In this document: piece by piece, positions 57,060-64,000 of the stretch
Layout of the letters: each line of letters opens with the position of its first letter
Numbering within the stretch: position 1 is the first letter of the stretch
From: Minisyncoccota bacterium
GTDB taxonomy: Bacteria > Patescibacteriota > Minisyncoccia > Phycocordibacterales > UBA2100
NCBI GenBank assembly: GCA_022842645.1
Contig: JALHPE010000002.1
Coordinates: 65,569-129,568 of the forward strand
DNA length: 64,000 bases
Reading direction: 5' to 3'
Position numbers and translations under genes: made by a program
The notes under the pieces: generated by a model
Databases searched by the model: none
What the model saw: only the letters and a program-made list of their open reading frames with translations
What the model was told of the DNA's origin: nothing

Positions 57060-58307
57060 CTACATTCCACGCACGAGTTCGAGTGCCTTTTCCATCTGCA
57101 GATCACGACCTTCTTTTGCATCTTCTTCGGTCACCTTCACTTCGGTGTCAGGCACGATGCCGTCATGTGGAATTTGATCCCCTCCCGGCATGAGCCAGCG
57201 CGCAACGGTGATTTTGAGGCCGGTGAGCTCGGTGATGGGTACCAATTCTTGAACAGAGCCTTTACCAAAGGTCGCTGTACCAACCAGTGTGGCAACACCA
57301 TGGTGGCGAAGTGCCCCCGCAAGAATTTCTGAAGCAGATGCAGAGCCCTTGTCGACAAGAATGACCATGTCGAGATTCTCATTGAAGATATTGTAGCCAC
57401 GACTGCGGTGATCGACGTTATCGCGGTTGCCGCCATAATCTTCGGTGACGACAATTTTTCCTGACGGCAGGAACCAACTTGCCATATCAACTGCCGCCTC
57501 GAGATAGCCACCTGGATTCCCACGAAGATCTACAATCAGTTTATTCTTTCCAGAATCCACGAATTCGCGCAACGCGTTACGGAACAAGAGAGGCGAATTT
57601 GCGGTGAAATTATGTAGGGATATGACAAAAACATCATCCTTGGTTTCGGTTTCGAGTATTGGGATATTAATCACATCACGCGTTACTTTGATGTCGCGTG
57701 CCTCTTCCCAGCCTTCACGAGCAACGAGTAGTGTTACTTCGCTTCCTTTAGGGCCGCGGATTCTGCTCACTGCAGTTGTAATATCCATGCCGCGCGTTTC
57801 TGTATCATTAATTTTGAGCACGCGATCATTTGGTTTGAGGCCAGCCCGCTCTGCCGGGGTCCCTTTAAGCGGTGCAACAACGGTAAGAATTTCATCGCGG
57901 ATAGCAATCTCCATCCCCACTCCCTCGAAATTACCAGAAAGATCTTCTTCAAATTGTTTTTGTTCGACGGGCGGGAGATAGAAAGTATAAGGATCTCCGA
58001 GCGCATCAGCGAGGCCTTGGATCATGCCGTATACACGGCGTTCTTCGGGCGTGCCGAGGGGTACGGGACTCGTTGAAGAGGCATCTGTGGGAGGAACAGA
58101 CGCTGGCACAAATCGCTCATCGATTGTTTTCCACGCACGCCAGAGCGGCGTTAAATCAACGCCCTCAGGAGGCGTTTCGCCGCCAAGCGCCTGCGCAACA
58201 GAAGCGGGCATAGCGGAACGATCGGCAACCATATAACCGCCACCAAAACCGAGAATCAAAAGAAATGCGCCTCCAATAATGAGCGCGGCCTTACTCTGTT
58301 CTTGCAT
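57060..58307 (-). CDS. ctpA: S41 carboxyl-terminal processing protease
   Basis: DPYT, PDZ (GVG..I, GTPAERAGL), DLRGNPGG, SASASE, TFGKG. Confidence 0.93.
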   Translation of the reverse strand: MQEQSKAALIIGGAFLLILGFGGGYMVADRSAMPASVAQALGGETPPEGVDLTPLWRAWKTIDERFVPASVPPTDASSTSPVPLGTPEERRVYGMIQGLADALGDPYTFYLPPVEQKQFEEDLSGNFEGVGMEIAIRDEILTVVAPLKGTPAERAGLKPNDRVLKINDTETRGMDITTAVSRIRGPKGSEVTLLVAREGWEEARDIKVTRDVINIPILETETKDDVFVISLHNFTANSPLLFRNALREFVDSGKNKLIVDLRGNPGGYLEAAVDMASWFLPSGKIVVTEDYGGNRDNVDHRSRGYNIFNENLDMVILVDKGSASASEILAGALRHHGVATLVGTATFGKGSVQELVPITELTGLKITVARWLMPGGDQIPHDGIVPDTEVKVTEEDAKEGRDLQMEKALELVRGM

Positions 58308-58369
58308 GGGGTTAGTATCGCACACTGCGAGGCCCTCGCCAATTCATCGTGCTACACTTTCGATGCATC

Positions 58370-60067
58370 ATGGAACTTTTCTCCGAATTGAGTGTGCTTG
58401 TCGTTTTGGCAACCGCAGTTGCGCTTGTCATGCGCATCTTACGCCAACCGCTCATTATTGGACACATACTCACGGGTCTTATTGCGGGACCGTTTGTGCT
58501 CAATATCGTACATTCAGAAGAAACGCTTGCGCTCCTTGGGCAAATTGGGGTCGCGATTCTTCTTTTTACTGTAGGACTTCACCTTGACCCAGCAATCATT
58601 AAAAAATTTGGACGAGTCTCACTGGTCACGGGGGTTGGACAGGTTGTGATTACATCACTCGTCGGCTATTGGATATGTGTCGCCCTCGGTTTTCCACTGC
58701 TTCCCTCTCTCTATATCGCAATCGCACTCGCCTTCTCCTCGACCATCATCATCATGAAATTGATCTCCGATAAAGGAGATCTCGAGACACTCTATGCAAA
58801 AATCGCTATTGGGTTCCTTTTGGTGCAAGACTTGATTGCCGTTGTACTTCTTTTCACGATTCCATTATTCACCACGGATGCATCTTTTGTAAGTATTGGG
58901 ACACTTGTTGCCTTGGGCTTGGCTCTGATTTTTGTAATCGCCCTCGTTGCACACTTTATTCTTCCCCGTGTCAGTGCAGCAATTGCAAAATCACACGAAT
59001 TTCTTTTCCTGTTCGCACTCGCGTGGGGCATTGGTATCGCCGCCCTCTTTCGAGAGCTTGGATTTTCGCTCGAAAGCGGTGCTCTTATTGCCGGTGTTGC
59101 GCTTGCGACCATGCCTGCGCGACTTGAGATCAGTGCGCGACTCTCTCCGCTTCGCGATTTTTTCATCGTAATATTTTTTATCTATCTTGGTGCCGAACTA
59201 CAACTGAGCAGCATCGGCGAGCTGATTATTCCTGCCGTCATTCTTTCGGCACTGGTGCTCATCGGAAACCCCTTGATACTCATGGCCATCCTCGGCTTCA
59301 TGGGTTACAAGAAAAAGACGAGCCTCCAAACGGGCTTTACTGTCGCACAAATCAGCGAATTCTCACTTATTCTCGTTGCACTCGGCGTTTCTTTGGGGCA
59401 TCTCACGCAAGAACACTTATCGCTCGTCACGCTTGTGGGTCTCATTACTATTTTCGGCTCAACGTACCTCGTCCTTTATTCGGATGGTATTTACAAGCGG
59501 CTTTCTCCCCTTCTTTCTCTATTTGAACGCAAAAACGCACATGAACCACGAATGCGCTTCAAGCATTACGAGATTATTCTCTTCGGTTGCAATCGTGTGG
59601 GACATGATTTTCTTAATGTACTCGAGAAGTTTGGGCGTCCGTTTGTTGTGGTTGATCATGATCCAGACCGCATCTCGGAATTGGAGCGCCGAGGCATCCC
59701 CGCACTTTTTGGCGACGCAGGAGATCCTGATTTTCTTGAGACCATAGATTTTTCTCGTGTAGAACTTGTACTCTCAACCGTGCCGGAGACTAATACGAAT
59801 GCCCTGCTTCATCAAACAGTGCGTGCGCAGGCGCCAGAGGCGGTTGTTATCGTCGTTGCTCACCGCGTAACGGATGCTATTGGTCACTATGAAGGCGGGG
59901 TCGATTATGTCGTTCTTCCGCACTTCCTCGGCAGCAAGCATGCGGCGGAAATAGTGCTTCGCTTCAAGAGTAATCGTGCAAAATATGACATTCTTCGCTC
60001 GGAACACTTGGACGACCTACTCCTGCGTGTTTCAGCTGGGCACGAGCATCCTGAGGGCAAAAAGTAG
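58370..60067 (+). CDS. CPA2 cation:proton antiporter with TrkA-N (KefB/C-like)
   Basis: LAFSST, LLVQD, LRDFF..FF..LG, QISEFS, GCNRVG Rossmann, FGDA. Confidence 0.92.
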   Translation: MELFSELSVLVVLATAVALVMRILRQPLIIGHILTGLIAGPFVLNIVHSEETLALLGQIGVAILLFTVGLHLDPAIIKKFGRVSLVTGVGQVVITSLVGYWICVALGFPLLPSLYIAIALAFSSTIIIMKLISDKGDLETLYAKIAIGFLLVQDLIAVVLLFTIPLFTTDASFVSIGTLVALGLALIFVIALVAHFILPRVSAAIAKSHEFLFLFALAWGIGIAALFRELGFSLESGALIAGVALATMPARLEISARLSPLRDFFIVIFFIYLGAELQLSSIGELIIPAVILSALVLIGNPLILMAILGFMGYKKKTSLQTGFTVAQISEFSLILVALGVSLGHLTQEHLSLVTLVGLITIFGSTYLVLYSDGIYKRLSPLLSLFERKNAHEPRMRFKHYEIILFGCNRVGHDFLNVLEKFGRPFVVVDHDPDRISELERRGIPALFGDAGDPDFLETIDFSRVELVLSTVPETNTNALLHQTVRAQAPEAVVIVVAHRVTDAIGHYEGGVDYVVLPHFLGSKHAAEIVLRFKSNRAKYDILRSEHLDDLLLRVSAGHEHPEGKK

Positions 60068-60098
60068 CTTGTAGCTCCTAGTGTGTAGCTGTTAGGAT
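60064..60098 (+). repeat. 7-nt periodic repeat (nTAGnnn) ending in -10-like TAGGAT before cysS
   Basis: gtagctt gtagctc ctagtgt gtagctg ttaggat gaaggc ATG. Confidence 0.7.
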
Positions 60099-60104
60099 GA
60101 AGGC

Positions 60105-61577
60105 ATGTCTTTCTTCGCAAGACTCTTTTCTAGCGCACCTGGTGCGGATCGCCTACATTTACACAACACACTCTCCGGCAAAGACGAAGAATTCAAGCCG
60201 CTTGGAAAAGAGGTGAAAATGTACCACTGCGGCCCAACTGTCTATGGTGTACAGCACATCGGAAACCTTTCAATGTTCGTCTTCACCGACATCCTTCGCC
60301 GCACACTTGAATACGTGGGATACGACGTGAAGCAGGTCATTAATATTACCGATGTGGGACATCTTGTTTCTGATGGCGACGATGGTGAAGATAAAATGAC
60401 GAAAGGCTTGAAACGCGACGGACTTGAGCCAACTCTCGAGAATATGCGCATCCTTGCCGAGAAATACACGCAGATTTTTTTGGAAGATATGCAACGGCTG
60501 AATGCAAGAATCGATGGCACGCAGTTCCCGCGTGCTTCTGCCTATATTCAAGAACAAATCGGGATGGTTAAAAAGCTTGAAGAGAAAGGATACGCCTACC
60601 GTGGCGAGAGCGGCGTCTACTACGATACCTCCCGCTTCCCTGCCTACGGCAAGCTCGGTAACATCAATCTGGAAGGATTAAAAGAAGGTGCCCGAGTCGC
60701 GGTGTCCGAAAAAAAGAACCCGACTGACTTCCTTTTGTGGAAATCAGATATCCACATGGGATGGGATTCGCCCTGGGGTAAAGGTTTCCCCGGCTGGCAC
60801 ATTGAGTGTTCTGCAATGATTCGCGCGCTTCTCGGGGACCAAATAGATATTCACACAGGAGGTATCGAACATATTCCAGTGCACCACAATAACGAAATCG
60901 CACAGTCAGAAGCGGCAACAGATGCAAAACCGTTAGCGCGATTCTGGCTTCATCGCGCCCACCTTCAACTCGAAGGAGGAAAAATGGCAAAATCCGAAGG
61001 CAACGTGATATACCTCTCAGATATTATTGAGAAAGGTTTTCATCCCCTCTCCTTCCGCTACCTTCTCCTCGGTGCACATTACCGTCAACCCGCATCATTT
61101 TCGTGGGAGGCACTTAGCTCAGCTCAGACCGCATTTCTCAAACTACGTCGCTTAGCGGACACGCTCCCTTTCGGCGGTTCTGTTCCGGAAGACTACAAAC
61201 ACCGCTTTACCGAAAAAATATCAAACGATCTCGACACACCCGGCGCGCTTGCTGTACTTTGGGAAATGACAAAAGACACTTCGCTTGCACCAAAGAATCT
61301 CCGTGCAGGACTTCTCGATTTTGATCAGGTGCTCGGCCTTAACCTTGCACAAGAAGATACCGAAGCGCGTACGCTGTGGGAGAAAGAGTTTGGTGTCATA
61401 GTTTCTGAAAACGATGTGCCTGAAAAAATACGTGTTCTTCTTCAAAAACGAGAATCTGCACGTAAAGAAAAGAAGTGGCAAGAAGCTGATTCAGCACGAA
61501 ACGAAATCGAAACTGCAGGTTTTTTCGTAGAAGATACTAAAAATGGGGCGCGTGTTGTGAAAAAGACAAGCGCCTAA
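60105..61577 (+). CDS. cysS: Cysteine--tRNA ligase
   Basis: CGPTVY..HIGN, NITDV, PGWHIECSAM, DIHTGG, HHNNE, KMAKS. Confidence 0.97.
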   Translation: MSFFARLFSSAPGADRLHLHNTLSGKDEEFKPLGKEVKMYHCGPTVYGVQHIGNLSMFVFTDILRRTLEYVGYDVKQVINITDVGHLVSDGDDGEDKMTKGLKRDGLEPTLENMRILAEKYTQIFLEDMQRLNARIDGTQFPRASAYIQEQIGMVKKLEEKGYAYRGESGVYYDTSRFPAYGKLGNINLEGLKEGARVAVSEKKNPTDFLLWKSDIHMGWDSPWGKGFPGWHIECSAMIRALLGDQIDIHTGGIEHIPVHHNNEIAQSEAATDAKPLARFWLHRAHLQLEGGKMAKSEGNVIYLSDIIEKGFHPLSFRYLLLGAHYRQPASFSWEALSSAQTAFLKLRRLADTLPFGGSVPEDYKHRFTEKISNDLDTPGALAVLWEMTKDTSLAPKNLRAGLLDFDQVLGLNLAQEDTEARTLWEKEFGVIVSENDVPEKIRVLLQKRESARKEKKWQEADSARNEIETAGFFVEDTKNGARVVKKTSA

Positions 61578-61598
61578 CCTCTTAAGGTTAGGCGCTTG
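61567..61598. terminator. Hairpin overlapping cysS stop
   Basis: CAAGCGCCTAACCT-ctta-AGGTTAGGCGCTTG. Confidence 0.7.
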
Positions 61599-61622
61599 AG
61601 ATCAGGCCTGTGCAGGAGAAAT

Positions 61623-61745
61623 TTACTCCTGCATCAGACTCATCGTAGAGTGCGGAGTTTCTGCCGGCTCCCGGGGAGTGGTGACAAGCGCCACCAGCAA
61701 CAAGTACGAGAGGCAGAGAAACCCCGCGGTCGCGATCATTTTCAT
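61623..61745 (-). CDS. Small single-TM orphan peptide (40 aa), SD-led
   Basis: Translated by hand: MKMIATAGFLCLSYLLLVALVTTPREPAETPHSTMSLMQE; GAGGG upstream; TG-t-TATAAT at ~61796-61804. Confidence 0.4.
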   Translation of the reverse strand: MKMIATAGFLCLSYLLLVALVTTPREPAETPHSTMSLMQE

Positions 61746-61815
61746 TTTAAAACCCTCTTGCCATCACAGACCATTCTGTAAATGGCACGGTTTTTATTAT
61801 AACATGTAATATTTA

Positions 61816-64000
61816 TTATGCAAGTACAAGATTCACCAACCTGTTGGGGACGAAAATAATTTTATCTGGCACCTTCCCGAGAAGCCACTTTGCGGCGGCT
61901 TCCTGCGCAGCTTTCTCCACATCAGCCTGCGCCACATCACGTGGGAATAAAAGACTTGTACGGGCTTTTCCATTTACCTGCACCACAATAGTCACTTCAT
62001 CAGTAAGAAGCTTTTTCTCATTAAAGCGCGGCCATGACGCGATGTGTACCGAGGTTTTGTTTCCAAGTTCGTGCCAAATGTCTTCTGCAATATGCGGCGC
62101 AAATGGGGCGAGAAGTGCGACGAAGTCTCTGTACTGCTCTTTGCTAAGGCCCGATTTCTCCGCTTCATTCACGAATATCATCATCTGGCTAATCGCTGTG
62201 TTGAATTTAAAGTTTTGGATGTCTTCTCCAACTTTTTTGATCGTTTGGTGCAGAATACGTTCAGTCTGTAGACTGTAGTTTGTAGTTTGTAGTTGTTGTT
62301 CCAAACGCCAGACACGTTCTAAGAAGCGGCGAGCGCCGATGAGGGACGATGTTTTCCATGCGATGGCCTCGGTAAAAGGTCCCATAAACATTTCATAGAT
62401 ACGAAGCGTGTCGGCGCCGTAGGTTTCCACGATATCGTCTGGGTTAATCACATTTCCGAATCGCTTCGACATTTTGCGACCATCTTCTGCTTGAATCAGC
62501 CCCACCGAGACGAGACGCGTGAAAGGCTCCGGAGTCGATACAACGCCGATGTCTTGCAAGAACTTGTGCCAGAAACGCGCGTAGATAAGGTGGCGCGTCG
62601 CATGTTCTGCCCCACCGACGTACACATCCACTGGTGCCCAATATTTTTCTTTTGCCGAGTCGACAAGTGCCGTGTCATTTTGCGGATCCATGTAGCGGAG
62701 GTAATACCAGCTCGAACCCGCCCATTGCGGCATAGTGTTGGTCTCACGCTTTGCAACGCCACCACATTTTGGGCATGGTGTGTTTACCCACGACTCAATC
62801 GCGGCAAGGGGAGATTCCCCTGTCCCTGTCGGCTCGTAGTGTTCCACCTCCGGCAATTTCACCGGCAAATCTTTCTCCGGCACGGGCACGATTCCATCTT
62901 TTTCGCAGTGAATAATCGGGATCGGTTCACCCCAGTATCTCTGGCGCGAAAATACCCAATCGCGAAGTTTGTAGGTGATTTTTGCAACGCCAAATTTTTC
63001 AGTGATTTTTGCCTTTGCCTCTTCGGACGTAAGTCCATCAAATTCGCCTGAATTTTTCAGTATATCCGTCACCACTTCTGTGGAAGGGAGATTAAATTTT
63101 TGTGCAAATTGTTTATCACGTTCATCATGCGCGGGTACCGCCATGATGGCGCCGGTGCCGTAATGTGCGAGAACATAATCGGCGGCGAATACGGGAATCT
63201 CTTCATTTGTTGCAGGGTTGATTGCAAAAATTCCCTCCAACTTTACCCCCGTCTTTTCTTTCCCTTCCGTCGTTCGTTCAATTTCAGTTTTAGTCGCCGC
63301 CTTTTTTGCATATACAAGAACTTCAGCAGTGTTGGTGAATTTTATTTTTCGAAGGATCGGATGCTCGGGGGCAATAACCACGTAGGTGGCACCAAAAAGC
63401 GTATCCGGACGTGTGGTAAACACTTCAATCCCTTCTATTGTCTCCTTTCTACTATCTACTATCTCGAATTTCAAAATTGCCCCCTCACTCTTCCCTATCC
63501 AATTCCGCTGACTTTCTTTGATGTGTTCTTGCCACTCGGGAAGCAAATCTAAATCTTTGAGCAGACGTTCGGCGTAGTCGGTGATCTTGAGCGTCCACTG
63601 GCGCATCGGACGTTTTTCGACAACGGTGCCGCAGCGTTCACAGACGTTGCCGTCCAAATCTTCATTTGCGAGCCCGGTTTGGCACGAGGGACACCAGTTG
63701 ATGGGCTCAAACGATTCGTAGGCCAAGCCTTTTTCGTAGAGCTTCAGGAAAATCCACTGCGTCCACTTGTAGTATTCCGGATCGGTGGTGTTAATCTCGC
63801 GACTCCAGTCGTAATCGAGTCCAATTTTTTGCAACTGCTCTTTGAAACGCGCGATGTTTTTTTCAACAGCGACACGTGGATGGACTTTGTTCTTGATTGC
63901 GTAGTTTTCTGCGGGTAGACCAAACGCATCCCAACCCATCGGATGGAGTACGTTCTTCCCTTGCATGCGGGCGTGGCGGCTGACAATGTCTGTTGCAATG
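61816..64000 (-). CDS. leuS: Leucine--tRNA ligase (5' end outside window)
   Basis: GWDAFGLPAEN, FTTRPDT, GTGAIMAVPAHD, SRQRYWGEPIP, GGAEHA, KMSKR. Confidence 0.98.
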   Translation of the reverse strand, partial: IATDIVSRHARMQGKNVLHPMGWDAFGLPAENYAIKNKVHPRVAVEKNIARFKEQLQKIGLDYDWSREINTTDPEYYKWTQWIFLKLYEKGLAYESFEPINWCPSCQTGLANEDLDGNVCERCGTVVEKRPMRQWTLKITDYAERLLKDLDLLPEWQEHIKESQRNWIGKSEGAILKFEIVDSRKETIEGIEVFTTRPDTLFGATYVVIAPEHPILRKIKFTNTAEVLVYAKKAATKTEIERTTEGKEKTGVKLEGIFAINPATNEEIPVFAADYVLAHYGTGAIMAVPAHDERDKQFAQKFNLPSTEVVTDILKNSGEFDGLTSEEAKAKITEKFGVAKITYKLRDWVFSRQRYWGEPIPIIHCEKDGIVPVPEKDLPVKLPEVEHYEPTGTGESPLAAIESWVNTPCPKCGGVAKRETNTMPQWAGSSWYYLRYMDPQNDTALVDSAKEKYWAPVDVYVGGAEHATRHLIYARFWHKFLQDIGVVSTPEPFTRLVSVGLIQAEDGRKMSKRFGNVINPDDIVETYGADTLRIYEMFMGPFTEAIAWKTSSLIGARRFLERVWRLEQQLQTTNYSLQTERILHQTIKKVGEDIQNFKFNTAISQMMIFVNEAEKSGLSKEQYRDFVALLAPFAPHIAEDIWHELGNKTSVHIASWPRFNEKKLLTDEVTIVVQVNGKARTSLLFPRDVAQADVEKAAQEAAAKWLLGKVPDKIIFVPNRLVNLVLA

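Overview
About 50% GC bacterial chromosome segment whose gene content and style point to a Patescibacteria (CPR) genome, probably Parcubacteria; this taxonomy is inferred. Housekeeping genes dominate: tRNA-Ala(GGC), dnaB, recR, rmuC, the infA-rpmJ-rpsM-rpsK-rpsD-rpoA-rplQ-rplM-rpsI operon, grpE-dnaK-(guaA)-dnaJ, six aminoacyl-tRNA synthetases, scpAB, the mraY-ftsW-murG cell-wall cluster, rplU, rpmA and rplI. Accessory elements are an internally deleted Sec-signal Rhs/TcB-like polymorphic toxin island between ftsW and murG, an AGAT-like amidinotransferase plus EamA exporter next to an orphan sensor kinase, and several self-contained orphan genes. The most striking signals are non-coding. (1) Translation starts split into three classes: more than 20 apparently leaderless genes (TAnnnT box 5-8 nt before the start), SD-less ribosomal operon genes, and a small Shine-Dalgarno-led class of orphan/accessory genes. 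(2) A ~107-nt promoter-to-terminator small RNA candidate carries anti-SD-like C-rich loops. (3) A family of 7-nt-periodic repeats abuts gene starts, in some cases supplies the -10 box, and also occurs inside leuS. (4) A 112-bp MITE duplicated a start codon. (5) An 18-bp palindrome is inserted in-frame in dnaK. No CRISPR array or rRNA was seen.
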